A stretch of 63,552 nt of DNA, counting the filler, from Octopus bimaculoides (lineage: Eukaryota): NCBI RefSeq assembly GCF_001194135.2. It is 7 parts of 7 records of this genome, joined end to end, with 100 filler letters (N's around TTAATTAATTAA, not from the genome) between each part and the next. Parts side by side here need not be neighbours in the genome. Positions count along the whole stretch, not along the records: positions 1 to 23,392 come from NC_068987.1; positions 23,493 to 30,437 come from NC_068990.1; positions 30,538 to 35,358 come from NC_069000.1; positions 35,459 to 44,335 come from NC_068999.1; 3 more parts are not named here. One strand, written 5' to 3'. Below are positions 21,811 through 36,049 of the stretch, one piece after another. Numbering within the stretch: position 1 is the first letter of the stretch; the number at the start of each line of letters is the position of its first letter. The notes beneath the pieces are model-generated. The model searched no databases, was not told the DNA's origin, and worked only from the letters and a program-made list of their open reading frames with translations. Both the position numbers and the translations under genes were made by a program.

Positions 21811-23392
21811 CAGCAGACACAAAGTTCTACAAAAATCTGTGGAAATATGGAAGGCAATGAACTATTGGATGGTCTGCCTTATGAATTCTATGAATTTGTG
21901 TCATATTTGTTTGGCAGCCTTGTGACACACATATGTATATATTTCTGCATGTGTGTGTGTGTTTACCTCCGGCCCCCAAAAAGAACTGCTGCCAAAATAG
22001 GGTGACTGGATATTCGGCCATATCAAATCATCAGCCTCTACATATCTGCATCTGATTGTCTCCAGTTTCCAAGCAAGAATATATTTTCTCTCAGCTTGGA
22101 GATATTTTCAAGGAAGATTACAAATAGACAACATCACTTGTATAACAATAGTATCTAGTTTACAGTTAGCTTGCAATGTCAAAAGAAAGTGACAGAACCA
22201 ACACACACACACGTATGATGAGCTTCTTTTCGGTTTCCGTTTACCAGATCTACTGATATATACACAGACACAATGTGTGTGTGTGTGCGTGCGTGTATAC
22301 AATTTTTAGACAAGGTGAACATAGATAGAATTTTCCAAAATGTCTGAAATAACTAAGAACGTCCGTATTATAAACAATGCAGCACCAAGCGCTTCAACTG
22401 GTTGCACACCACAAGGTTCTACCTAGACTCAACCCAAAATGTTCAAAACGTTTTCATTGGCCAAAAAAACTTTTAGTGGGTGCGATTGCTCCCCTAGCAC
22501 CCTCTGCTCTCAAGCCTATGGTCTTCATTGCACTTTCACCTGACCCTATTGACTCGTTGAATTTCAATCTATATAGAGAAGTAACGCGAGTAATTTATTA
22601 CCTTTTATATATAACATATCAAAATCAAAGTAGCTAACTGGATTACCCACTGTAATATTTCAGCAGATGTTATCAAAGGTGGTTTTCATCTGGGGTTAAA
22701 TATGAACTCTAAGGGCTTATGGCCAGTTTTCAATAGAAATAAAAAATCGTTCTGATAAAAGGCATTGGGATCTTAACAGTCCAGATATACATCAAAACAT
22801 CTTTCAATTTTAGAATAGTTATTTTCAGCTGCAGATAGATCGTGATAAGTATAGAACAAGACTCGGTCAAACTAAAGGGTTTGACCCAAGACTCCATCCG
22901 ATAGTACACCAGGTACCAAATGTTGGCAAGCAGACATACTTTTTAATAAAATTTGCAACAAATATGGTGTAGATTACGATTATAACGGAAATGGATGATA
23001 AAAAAAAACAACAAAAATATGGAGTGGGTGGTGGGAGGTGAAGAACTCCCACACTTCATCAGAATGTATGAAGAAATAAGGTCGAAGTGTGTGAATTATC
23101 CGAATCTCTATCACAATTTTCGTCACATCGGATTCCGATATAATCGTAACATGACACCGCTTAAAATGAAATTGCAGAAAATTTTATTTAAAAATGTCAA
23201 TTTTTCAGAAAGTTATAAAGGAATAAATCAAGGTGTGTGAATCCAAAACCTTCTCATCCCTCGTTCCGAAATAGTTCCCCCACAGAAAATTCCGATAGAA
23301 CCCTAATTTACACCATCTAAAAGGTATCTTCATAAAAAATACGCATTTTTGAGAATGTTACGAAGAAACGAAGTCGGGTGGGGCATAGATTT

Positions 23393-23492
23393 NNNNNNNN
23401 NNNNNNNNNNNNNNNNNNNNNNNNNNNNNNNNNNNNTTAATTAATTAANNNNNNNNNNNNNNNNNNNNNNNNNNNNNNNNNNNNNNNNNNNN
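23393..23492. other. Artificial scaffold linker N44-TTAATTAATTAA-N44
   Basis: Exactly 100 bp, with stops in all six frames. The same 12-mer occurs inside N runs at 23437, 30482, 35403, 44380, 54260 and 62230. Confidence 0.95.
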
Positions 23493-25204
23493 GTACATAT
23501 ATTTGTGTGTATTTACGTATGATTGGCAGTGTGTCTGTTTATTTGACTCTCCCTCCCCTTCGTTTCTCTGTCTTTTTTCTTGGATCGTTCGTAAAAGAAA
23601 GTAGCAATTGAAACGATGTGTAAGAGGAATAGAAATAGTTAATTTTAGAGGGGCAAAGTAATTTTGTATGTATCTGTCACTACAGTATCGAAATGTGATC
23701 GTTTCAGTTTTGATAGTTTTCTTTTTCTCCTTCCTTTCTTTTTGTATTTGTTGTTTGATTTTTCGTAAAGGTTCATCAGAGGAAGTAGGAGTTGAAAGGA
23801 TTTGTATTAGAAAGAGGAAATTAGATTTTATTAGGGAGAAAATGTTTACTCCTGTAGTTTTACGGATTTTATTCATTATTAGGAAATTTTTGGAGTGAAA
23901 AAATGACGCAGTGACGTAACTTATTGTATTTAGAATATTAATTGCGATTGTTTAATCGAAGAAATTTTGAATTGTGTAAATGTATGAATTTTAAACATAC
24001 ACACAGAGTAGATTTGCCTTTTATAGTATAGATACAGTGAATTAAGGTGTTAGTGGATAGGTTGAAGGAAGAAATATATAAATCGAATGCCATTAAATGT
24101 ACACGAAATAAAATAGGTGTACAGATCCTAGCAAAAGTGAGGAACCAGCGAATTAGGGTTAATAGGAAAATTCCCAAATCCCGGGCTACTCTAACTACTA
24201 AGAGAAAATCCCCTCCCAGTATTTGATTCTGGTCTCTGGCTCACAGTCATATATTTAGACTAAGTTTATTTAGCCATTCCACACTCAATCCTCTTAATAG
24301 GCGTCCTCAAATTTTCTGTTCCGGCGTAACAAATCATCATATCTAGCGGCATTGTCGTACCCCGCGTAAGGAATATAGTATAAAAGAATTGGATTCCATA
24401 GAATACAGACAAGAGATGTGTGGTTTGTAATTAATTTAAAATTGTTGCACCGACAAGAATGGAAACAGGTAAATAATTCCAATGCTGGCTGTCTGGCTAT
24501 CTATGCAGCTCTCTAGCAGAAAAAAGGCTGTAGCGGTGATTCGAATCCTCTACCACTAGATAACCGGTTAGACATCACGAGCGAACCACCACAGTTTCAC
24601 GTACTTTGTCTATTAATCGACAAATCATTATGAGGATGTGGTGTGATATGGTTTTCTCGAATGTTTTTGTCTCCTAGAATGATTGTTTTGCCACTCAGTT
24701 AACAACAGAGTGTGGAAAGCGGCTGAGTGACACGAGCATCCATTCTTGTCACGCTAATGGTTCCAGACATTTGTACGGACAACTCTTTGGACAGACTCAT
24801 CCTGGACATTCACACCATGTCTCACAAGTAACTTCTACGGATGCAGTACGGTTTTTCATTGTGAATAGCCAACTCCAATATCTTTATGTCTGGCAATAAA
24901 TATTCAGTTATTCTACACGCAGCCAACGAAATATATCTTCATTTACCCGCTACTCAAGAGACAGGTGAGAGGCGACAAAGTATAAAAGTTACCTGGAAAT
25001 GTCAGTGGGAGCCATTTTGAAACGAGACCAAGGATGAAAACGATTTTCATTGAAGCTTCATTATGCAACCATTGCATTTAAACCCGTTGAAGAATACAAC
25101 AAATTTTATTTAAAACATTCAAATTCAGAGTAAAAAAAAAATGAAATATAAGTTAAGTGCTGGTGACTCTATCATTCTCTTCTCCAAATATTCTGGTCAC
25201 GTAA

Positions 25205-25552
25205 AGGGTAAAGAGCAAAGACCTCCTTCGGTCATAAATGACAATGGGATTGCACCTAGAAAGCTACCCTCCGAGGTGCAAGTCCGGGAATGATCGTTTA
25301 TGGAGGGCTAGCAGTCGTTCATGCATACCAGCCTCCTCTCTCCACTCCGCCGATGTTATCCAAGGGCAAGACAAAGGCCGATACAGCTTGGTACCAGTGA
25401 CGTTGCAACTCATTTCTATAGCTGAGTGACCTGGGACAACGTGCAATAAAGTGTTTTGCTCAAGAACACAACACATTGCCTGATCCGCGATTCGAACTCA
25501 CTACCGCATGATTGTGAGTCCGACACTCTAACCACTGAACCATGTGCCTTCA
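25205..25552 (-). mobile_element. tRNA-derived SINE family D
   Basis: Minus strand TGAAGGCACATGGTTCAGTGGTTAGAGTG (A box) ... GTGAGTTCGAATC (B box), then GTGTTCTTGAGCAAAACACTTTATT core. A degenerate plus-strand copy lies at about 12845-13010. Confidence 0.7.
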
Positions 25553-26093
25553 AATGCTGGCCATGTACCTATGTAAGAAATCTCTTTTTAGATTTAATCT
25601 TACATTTTTATGTAAGAATTAGGAGAACAATTAGCTTGGTGCCTTCTTGTAAGTAACTCAATTATAGGCACAATTATAGAGATCCCAGCATATCATCTTC
25701 AGTTGACAGTCTTACACGAAATTCGATTTTATTTATAAACATTCTTCACAACGATAAGTGGATGAGACCAGCAAAAGTCTCTCCAATACGTTTTCTAGAC
25801 GTACGAGTTTCGAGTTAACGTTTTAGTTCGTTGTAGTCACTTAAAAACTCTGGCGTTTTTACAAAGCTTAGGTACTACCACACTTTCTCTTGCGTTTCCC
25901 GGTTTGAGAAACCCTATTCTACGTGGTCACGCAGCGGGACTCTGGAGGTAACGAGTGTTCTGAAATGCAGGTTCTCCGAAACAAACTTTACAAAGCGGGA
26001 CAAGTCTTGGGGGGGGGGGCTCTCATCGGGAGCAACAATAAAAATTCAAAAAGAAAGTGTTTGTTTTGTTTTGTTTTGTTTTTTTCTTTTCAG

Positions 26094-26195
26094 AAAGGGC
26101 TGATTGGGGTATTCATAGCCTCTTCTTTAGCTTTCTGACATCAAGAACGGATGCCTTTTTATGGGCCCTGTTGAGAAGATTTTTTTTTTATCAAG
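26094..26195 (+). other. Candidate exon (5' UTR or coding), 102 nt
   Basis: Long pyrimidine tract tttttctttttcag| and CAAG|gtaagt donor; one open frame (ERADWGIHSLFFSFLTSRTDAFLWALLRRFFFYQ). A CpG-richer region with a possible donor GAG|gtaacg lies near 25948. Confidence 0.35.
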
Positions 26196-27301
26196 GTAAG
26201 TTGATGGCTTACAATGTTTCTAATGTTTCTGTCAGAGCTTCCTTTAAAAGGTGAATGTCATTCTTCAGTAGATAAGCAAATACATGGCTCCAGTTCAATG
26301 TATCCCTTCAACCCTCCCTCTCATAAACCCTGTATAGGATTACCTTATCCAATGCGTCTTCCCTTCTCGAAGCGGTTGGATGCAATCGGGACTCTCTTCC
26401 GACACTCATGAACTTTAGTGTTGTACTGAAAAAAATCTGAAACCTCTACCCACGTTTAACTTCAATCTCCTGTGTACTCCCCAAACCCAAGAATTCATTG
26501 CTATCTACATTCCGATTCTGTAGCACCCTTAGTACGTCCTTCAAAATGACACTAAGTGCAATCTGAGAAATTTGGTTGTTATTTCTAGCAGGCCAAACGA
26601 CCACGTCGAGGCAGCTCCACCACATTGCCTCGTGTCGTTGCTATTGATTTTGATAATGGTTGTGATTAAAACACAAGTCTGTCTTGAATCGAGTAAACTC
26701 CTGACCAAATATATTCCAACCTTTTATAGTATATCTATGACTACATTACACAATATCTTTTCTACTTTTTTAAGAAGACAGAAAATAATTTGAGGCAGAT
26801 TTAGTTGCTATTTTTAATAAGCCGCTGTTGATTGCTAGTGTTAGTATTTCCATTGTTCCTGTTATTGATGTGTTTGCCGCACCTCACACGCCTATACACC
26901 TGTCTATTAGCATCATAGTCATTATCAACAACAGCAACAACAGTATTTATCACTCCCACTCTTCCCACCAACCGTTGCTACGGTGACATTAGTTTCCAAT
27001 CCACCGGGACGTGTTTATATTACCGTTACAAGTTAACACAAATTGGGACCAGCAGTATCCGTACCGTACGCTGGACAGACAGACAGCTGACCCTTCTTCT
27101 TCAAGCTCCCAAAATGTAAGGGGAAGACAAGCTGACATACAGACACGCACACGTGTAACCCACGCAATACATACTGTTGCAATCAGTCACGCATACACGC
27201 GCAGGTAAACAAACACATACATAACACTGAGGAGTCAAAGTTGAAGTTTCTATAACTAATACAAGGAGGTGTTCACATACGCTCGCGGGTGCCTGATCGC
27301 C

Positions 27302-27332
<31 letters not shown>

Positions 27333-27668
27333 GCACGCACATAATACATACATACATACATACATTATTAACACGCATAAATGTCTATAATTGCAAACAC
27401 GCATGCGAGTATACAGGAAAAACGTTTTATATCTGAATAAAATAGATACACACTCGTGCAATCATGCAGATGAAATTATTTACATTTGCACTGACACAAA
27501 TCCGCACATACTCGCATATTTATGTACACATATATAGGTAAGCTTTTTAAGTAGTAAATCTGCTTTCATTCATGTACTCATGCCCATATGCAAACACACA
27601 CACACACACACACTCAGATACATACACAAACTCATACACGTAGAGACATACAATGCATTTTCTATTAG

Positions 27669-27832
27669 AATCTTGATAGTTCTTACAAAGCAAGACAAAC
27701 TGCACTAGAGAACCAGAGTGCATTGATACAGAAAGGCGGTTAACACTTAAGAAAATTAAAGAAAGAACATGGAAAGTCCTACAAAATCTGGGGTTGACCT
27801 GAATGTGTCACCTCCACTTGTATCCATTAAAG
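27669..27832 (+). CDS. Candidate start-codon exon of the plus-strand gene (ATG 27769)
   Basis: tttctattag| acceptor and AAAG|gtgaga donor; encodes MESPTKSGVDLNVSPPLVSIK, phase 1. No homology recognised. Separated from the 35.6 kb exon by artificial linkers. Confidence 0.35.
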
Positions 27833-28596
27833 GTGAGAACCATATTAATTTGCTCTCTCTCTCTCTCTGTTTCTGTCTTAATCAATGTCTTTCTGTTCAT
27901 ATCTCACTCATCCTTTCTCAATTGTTTCATTGTTATTAATATTTCTCATATTCATTTTGTTTTTCTTTCTTCTTATATTTTTCCTATTTCCTTTTCTATT
28001 TCTTTCAGCTTTGTCTTATTCAATTACCACCACCATCCTCTCTCTCTCTCCCTTTCTCTCTTCTCTCACATCCTTTCTCTTTTCTCTCATTCTTTTTCTG
28101 TACTCTTGTTTTACACGTGTTTCTCTCTTCATCTCACTCACTCACTCACATATATTCAATCAACCTCTACCCGACATGCACTCCACCTGCACTCAACTAA
28201 GTTGTGTCCTGGAAGTGAACATTTGCAATTTTCAGTCTGAATTAGGAATCCAAATTTGTCTATACATGTATATGCATATATACATACAAATTATCAATAT
28301 ACACAGGTACATACCAACATATGTTTTTATTACATTAATAGTTTTGGTCTTTGGATTGTGGCTGTACTAGGAGCACTATTTTCAGAGATTCAGTTGACTG
28401 CATTGATTCTACTATTTCACCTGATACTTTTTAATTGTCCATGTTTATTGAATGACTAAGTCCACCTCAAAAAGGTAGTTTTATTTGATGCACCAGTTTA
28501 CACCAGCTCGCACATGCATGCATACATACACACACACACATGCACATATGTATATATGTATGTATATATACAAACATAGATACATACATACATATT

Positions 28597-28666
<70 letters not shown>

Positions 28667-28847
28667 ATTCATATAAACGAATAAAATTAATAAACAACAA
28701 GAGGACATGCACAAGGAATATATTAGCCTGATGCTTTGAGAATTTGATGTTTCGAGAATTGCTCCTCGTCAGAAAGGAGAAAGGGAAAAGTCCAAAGAAG
28801 GAAAAGAAATCACTAGCAGCATGTGTGTAGTTACTATTGTTGTTACC

Positions 28848-28888
<41 letters not shown>

Positions 28889-29322
28889 CACACACATACA
28901 TATATGATTGGCTTGTTTCAGTTTCCATCTACCAAATCCCCTCAGCAGTCATTTGCTCAAGTTGTCACACAGTAGGACTGAACCTGGAACCATGTGGTTG
29001 GGAAGCAAGACTGTTATCATACAACCACACCTGTGCCTATATTAAATTACTGTTTTGGTTTCATTATGTGAGGTTTTACAAATTAAATGGGTAGTTACAA
29101 ATTCAAATACACCTGAAATTCTATCTGCCGGCCGAGATTCCCCACCTCTTCATCACATGGTTTCTTTGGCCTGCCTGAAATAGTAATCAAGTTACCCTCA
29201 AGTTGCACCTTACCAAAGAAATTTAGATTGGGATGTATTCCTAAGTATATCTGAAGAAAGAAGTCATAGTTGGAATGCTTTTTATTCATTGATCTATTGA
29301 ATCAGGGCTAAAACTAAACTAT

Positions 29323-29514
29323 AACTCTTTTATTCTTTTACTTGTTTTAATCATTTGACTGTGGCCATACTGAAGCACTGCCTTAAAGGGTTTTAGTCGA
29401 AGAAATCGACCCCAGGACTTATTCTTTGTAAGCCTAGTACTTATTCTGTCAGTCTTTTGTCAAACCGTTAAGTTAGGGATGTAAACACACCAACATTAGT
29501 TGTCAAGTGATGGT

Positions 29515-29603
<89 letters not shown>

Positions 29604-29763
29604 CAACAGGCTTTTTTCAGTTTCCATTTGATGAATCCACTCACAAGGCTTTGGTTGGTCCAAAGCTAGAGCAGAAGACACTTGTCCAAGGTGTCACACA
29701 GTGGGACTGAACCCAGAACCATCTGGTTGAGAAGAAATTTTCTTACCACACAGCCATGCCTGC
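29323..29763 (-). mobile_element. SINE family A, full length, with (CA)n core
   Basis: Same two halves as 2356-2902, separated by an ~80-bp (CA)n tract at about 29518-29596. Confidence 0.8.
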
Positions 29764-29789
29764 AGCAACTTTATGGGAGGGATATGCTG

Positions 29790-30140
29790 GAAGTGTTGTT
29801 GCTAGAATAAGAGCTGGCTGGAGAGAGAGTTCAGAGAGCTATTACCTCTTTTGGTAACAACAGACCTATCTCTCAAAGTGAAAGGCAGATTGTATGACGC
29901 TGCATACATATAGAAATGCTACATGGTTTTGAAACTATGACCATGAATGCAGAGACTATGTGAAAACTAGAAAGAAATGAAGCTAGTATGCTCTCTTAGG
30001 TGTACAACATCAGTATGTATGACAAAATCCAAACGTGTCGGGAAAAAATTAGGCATAAGAGGCATCAGATGTGGTGCGCAAGAAAGAAGAATGCTCGGAT
30101 ATGGTAATGTGATGTGGATGGATGAGAAAAGTTGTATAAA
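29790..30140 (+). mobile_element. RTE LINE C-terminal fragment
   Basis: RIRAGW..FRELLPLL....LSLKVKGRLYDA...LERNEASML...GKKLGIRGIRCGAQERRMLGYGNV; same family as 14050-14400. Confidence 0.7.
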
Positions 30141-31461
30141 GTTCCCTCTCCCAAACAGATATTCACTATGTCCACCTCAATCCCCATTTCTAATCGCCTA
30201 TCACACTCATTACACATCCACATTTCCTTAACCCCTATTCTCTCATTCATATGCATTTGTCCTCCCACCATCACTTGATAACCAATGTTGGTGTGTTTAC
30301 ATCTCCATACCTTAACAGTTTGCCACAAGAAACTGATAGAATAAGTACTAGGCTTACAAAGAATATGTCCTAAGGTCGATTTGTTTGTCTAAAGGCGGTG
30401 CTCTAGCATGGTCACAGTCAAATGAGTGAAACAAGTANNNNNNNNNNNNNNNNNNNNNNNNNNNNNNNNNNNNNNNNNNNNTTAATTAATTAANNNNNNN
30501 NNNNNNNNNNNNNNNNNNNNNNNNNNNNNNNNNNNNNATATATATATATTCGCCATGGTGGATGACTGAAATCTACAATTTTGTTTTTCATTCTTTCTCT
30601 GTTTATTTTCACTTATTCGTTTCTGCTGAACAGCGTAGGCCCGAAACGTAAAAGACTTATTCATTTTTCTCGAGCGTCCACGAACCTTTTGATACCGCCT
30701 CGTACAGCTGTCTCCTTGCGTTTTAGTGGTTAATTCACCTGAGATTTACTCCGTTCAGCGTTCGGTTTTTTTCTTGATGACATGTTGGTCACATTGACCT
30801 AAGCCGTACAAGTTATCGCACTCTATCTAGTCGTCCGTAGCTCTTTACTTGCCCACTAGCTCAACATCAGGAGCCGGCTGGTGGTTAACTGTAGCAGAAG
30901 TCAACATGTTTCAATATTACCGTCATGTCTCCAGCTTAAACATTTTTTTCAACAGCAGCAAAACATTCATCGAACTGTATTCTCATTTTTATCCAAACTC
31001 TCTTACATAGCGTGGGCTTGCTACGAATCGATAAAAGGCACAGCCCATCCTCCTTTGGCAAACACGCTTAATATATATAAGAGCTATGAATTATTGTAGT
31101 CCATATCAGATATTAATACTCCTTTTGTAAAGCGGAGTGAAAATGAATTTCTTTGAAACTGGCCAGGAACCAAATATCCATTATACAAGCATTATTGATT
31201 TCATGGGCTTTTTTTTTTTTTGGTTTTTGTTTTCTTGCTTTATAATTTGGAACGGAGAAGAAAGTGGTTCGACACACTCCCAAAGGAACCGCATTTTGCC
31301 AACTAACAACAATAAGAACACTGCAGTGGGAGATCATAATTATCTTCAGAATATTGATGGGGATATTGTGCAAGATAACGGTGGTGGTGACGGCGATGGT
31401 GGTATTGATGATGATGATGATGAAGGCAAAGTCTATTATCAATATAGTTGCTGCTGTCATC

Positions 31462-31527
<66 letters not shown>

Positions 31528-31687
31528 CTGGCAGAATCGTTGACACGACGGGTAAAATGCTTAGCGACAATTCTCTGTGTCTGGAATATGGTATACGTTG
31601 GAATTGTCTGTCTCGATTGGTTTTGGGATATATACGCACGTGTCTATAAGTTAGTGGAAGTTTGATGTGTTATTGTGTGTGTGTATT

Positions 31688-31720
<33 letters not shown>

Positions 31721-34700
31721 CTGTGTGTGTAAGTGTGATCCTTAGCTATTTGAAGGAAATTTGGAAGTGGGCAGGTGGGAGCTGGGAGTTGAGGGGTAAA
31801 TGAAGAAGTCTGCGGACGGTGTGATTAAAGGGTCTAAGGACGGCGTTTAAGTGACAATGTGAGGGGCAGTTTTGAACTAAACGAAGCGAATGTGAATCAA
31901 AAGCTGCGAGTTCTGCGTGAAAAGAAAAACCAGAAAGAAACGTATTAAAAACACGTGTAATGATTATAAAAATAAAAATAAAATAAATAAATCAGAGACA
32001 AAAATGTGTTCTCTGAGGGAAGAAAAATTATTCAAAGGTTTTTTTTTTAATGTTATTTAAAATTTACAACATGATGTTGAAAATTTAGGGATGTTGAATA
32101 CAATGGCCTTATGATAATGAGAGACTGTTTATTTTTGTTTCACTAGAGGCACAACTAAAGACGTGAAGAATGTCATTGATATCTAGGCACTGTAAGTAAA
32201 ATTCACAGGTGGAAAAATCAGGTAAAAGCTGCAGGGGTTGGTTCGTTACGAACACTTGACGTAGAAAAGCTCGATAAAATCCCTTGGCGTTAGTCAAAAT
32301 GGCGTGAAAGGCAAATCAATCACCTTGGGAAGAGTTAAAGAAATAAGAATTAAAGGAACCAACGTGATAGTAGTGCGATTGTTTTAGAAAGAAGAGTTAA
32401 TAACATGGAAACTGTGAAACAAGTGGGAATAATGTATTGAGGAGCAATACGTATGTGTGTGTGTGTGTTTACTTGCATGTGTTTGTGTATGAGTGATTGA
32501 GAATGTGTCTGTATGTGACTAATTCCGGAGGACATATATAATTCATACAAATCTGTCAGCTAAGTTGAGTCTGATGAACCCCTAATTTTAATGAAGTCAT
32601 CAACATTAGATTTCCTGGTGTAATATTTTCCCGGAAAGATAATTGACATATTACTCGCCGTTACTGTGACATTTCACTCATCTTGGATTCTGCTTTCCAA
32701 TACAAAAACTCCAGCCAAGATAGCATTCTAGAAATGTAGTAATTATCAATGTCAGATGGATATTTTCTTTTTACTCTACAGGTTTGCGATCCAATGCATA
32801 CATTCCTCGGAATTATTCAAAAAAGTTACCCTTGCATAATTTTTCTCTTTATCTTTCACCCGATCCATTTCTTAAAAATGGTTATTCTGCATAAACCTGA
32901 ATTTGATGAGTTAATCAGCTTAATTGAATGACTTGCTATAAAATCTAATTCATACTTCTCCCGGTTAAAATAAGTGCTACTGTTTAAAAGGTTTCGTTTC
33001 ATCTGTCACTGCAGGTGAAGTAACTAATTAAATACGGTTTCCTATTATAGCTCTCCAAGTTATTTTGTTTCGCTTTTTTATTGTTTCTATCAAGTTCCTT
33101 ATTTAGGAAAAAAATTGTCCGCACTTTTAAACCGCCGCAAATGCTTCCAGTTTTATGAGATCGTGTTCCTAATTGTGATTACGACAAAATCATATTTTTG
33201 GAAATTATTTTTAATGCTTTCGCGCTTGTTGTTCTTCATAAAATTCAGAAGAGCGTATCCAGACTCATCCAGTAGCGGATTTCGTAGCGGATTATTCTAA
33301 AGTTTCGTATGCATGCTAATTAGTCCTATTTTTGTCGGGTTTGGTTTTCTTCGGAAAGCGGGATGATCCGCGACTTGTTCTTTTAATAAAGTTTACTGAA
33401 ACTTCTTCGGAGGATATAAAAATCACACCTTGTGTTGCGAAACCTTCACCGAAAATCCAAAATTCTTCTTCCTTCATATCGACGTACAGAACCGTCTCTT
33501 TTCCAAAGCTGCATTGACTAGATTCAATCTAAATGTGTATTTCTTCCTTTGATGTGCATTGAATTCATTGTTTGTTTCAGTCATGTTCGTATCTGAATTA
33601 ATGAAATATCAGATCACTATCTTATCACGTTATGAAATTGCGATACAATTTTTTCCAGAGAAAATGGTTTGGCGAATAGCAATCAAATAGCGAATGTAGA
33701 GTGATAGGTTTTTATTAAAGTTGCAAAATCTTCGCACAGTCACGCAGAGTTAAACTTCCCCGTTTGTCGAACAGTTGTGATAATATTGAATTGAAATTGT
33801 GAAGTTACATGTAATATTACACGTACCATCACGATTTCCAATATGGTCTCTGCTGTCCGACGAAGAAATTTCTGTGAAGATTTTGTAGCTTTAATAAAAG
33901 CACATACATGCACGCATACTCAAAACAAAACAGACNNNNNNNNNNNNNNNNNNNNNNNNNNNNNNNNNNNNNNNNNNNNNNNNNNNNNNNNNNNNNNNNN
34001 NNNNNNNNNNNNNNNNNNNNNNNNNNNNNNNNNNNNNNNNNNNNNNNNNNNNNNNNNNNNNNNNNNNNNNNNNNNNNNNNNNNNNNNNNNNNNNNNNNNN
34101 NNNNNNNNNNNNNNNNNNNNNNNNNNNNNNNNNNNNNNNNNNNNNNNNNNNNNNNNNNNNNNNNNNNNNNNNNNNNNNNNNNNNNNNNNNNNNNNNNNNN
34201 NNNNNNNNNNNNNNNNNNNNNNNNNNNNNNNNNNNNNNNNNNNNNNNNNNNNNNNNNNNNNNNNNNNNNNNNNNNNNNNNNNNNNNNNNNNNNNNNNNNN
34301 NNNNNNNNNNNNNNNNNNNNNNNNNNNNNNNNNNNNNNNNNNNNNNNNNNNNNNNNNNNNNNNNNNNNNNNNNNNNNNNNNNNNNNNNNNNNNNNNNNNN
34401 NNNNNNNNNNNNNNNNNNNNNNNNNNNNNNNNNNNNNNNNNNNNNNNNNNNNNNNNNNNNNNNNNNNNNNNNNNNNNNNNNNNNNNNNNNNNNNNNNNNN
34501 NNNNNNNNNNNNNNNNNNNNNNNNNNNNNNNNNNNNNNNNNNNNNNNNNNNNNNNNNNNNNNNNNNNNNNNNNNNNNNNNNNNNNNNNNNNNNNNNNNNN
34601 NNNNNNNNNNNNNNNNNNNNNNNNNNNNNNNNNNNNNNNNNNNNNNNNNNNNNNNNNNNNNNNNNNNNNNNNNNNNNNNNNNNNNNNNNNNNNNNNNNNN

Positions 34701-34896
34701 NNNNNNNNNNNNNNNNNNNNNNNNNNNNNNNNNNNNNNNNNNNNNNNNNNNNNNNATATATATATATATATATACAGATATATTTGTTTATATAAACATG
34801 CATGCATGCATGCCTCCATACATACATCCAACCGTCGATACAGACATACGTACATATATATATGTGTGTCTGTATATATATTTATGTATTTATATA

Positions 34897-34951
<55 letters not shown>

Positions 34952-35271
34952 ATGCATGTATTTATGTATATATATTTATTTATAGTCAGTGCACTACATG
35001 TGGGCACATCAAAGCTGTGACATGTGGGCGCATCGTATACTTAATAGCTAACTCTTTCTCATAAATTATGGTCGTACACTTGATAAATTTGACATGCTCC
35101 CTTGCTCTTCGCATCTGTCCTTGTCGCTCACGAACATTCTCTCTCTTTCTCTCTCCTATTGTCACAACACACATATATATGTATGTATACGCAAAAAATT
35201 ACACACACATACACAAACATGGATATACATAATTTGATCCATTGAAACTCAGATACAAATACGTGTATGTA

Positions 35272-35358
<87 letters not shown>

Positions 35359-35458
35359 NNNNNNNNNNNNNNNNNNNNNNNNNNNNNNNNNNNNNNNNNN
35401 NNTTAATTAATTAANNNNNNNNNNNNNNNNNNNNNNNNNNNNNNNNNNNNNNNNNNNN

Positions 35459-35513
<55 letters not shown>

Positions 35514-35638
35514 GACAAAAAAAGTAGAACAGAGTGAGCAAGTCTTTTTACTACATCAATTTACAAGTGTTTCATCATGTATATATATATATATATATAT
35601 ATATATCAATAATGTGTGTATGTTTTTATCTCTTTCAG

Positions 35639-35908
35639 GATCAGATAAAGTTTCTGAAGGTGGAACACAATAAAACTCTTACTTTGCTCCATAACCAGAC
35701 GGAATCGAACGAGAAAGAAATCTACCGTCTTCAGAAAGAACTCCAGCAGCAACAGCAGCAGCAACAGCCGCTGCAGTTGCCGCTTCAGCCATCCATGGCA
35801 ACTGTACAGTATGTTAGTAAACCACCAGACCGAGACCGAGACCCGAGTGATTCACCTTCTGATTTATCTTCTGACATTCTTCGACATGAAGAACGGCAAC
35901 AGGGCGAG
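35639..35908 (+). CDS. Internal exon of a coiled-coil protein with CCDC92/CCDC74-like N-terminal motif
   Basis: tttttatctctttcag|GAT...GAG|gtcagt; 270 nt, phase 0-0. Encodes DQIKFLKVEHNKTLTLLHNQTESNEKEIYRLQKELQQQQQQQPLQLPLQPSMATVQYVSKPPDRDRDPSDSPSDLSSDILRHEERQQGE. The FLxxxHxxTLxxLH spacing matches my recollection of the CCDC92/74 domain; the family call is tentative. Confidence 0.7.
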
Positions 35909-36049
35909 GTCAGTCTCAGTATTTCCAGACCATTCCACCCCTCACCCCCACTCTCACTCTCTCTCTCTGTGTCCCTCTTGCTTCTTTCACTTTCTCCTTC
36001 TCTCTCTCTCTCTCTTTCGCCTTTCACCTTCTTTTCTCTCTCTTCCCTT

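Noticed and set aside
25480-25552. tRNA-like sequences with A/B boxes (also the heads of SINE families A and B)
   Set aside because: No complete cloverleaf, and each continues into a SINE body, so they are not tRNA genes.
31137-31665. 170-aa and 133-aa ORFs with a hydrophobic stretch and poly-D/Y/I
   Set aside because: Length comes from (GAT)n, (TAT)n and T-runs; no recognisable domain or good splice sites.
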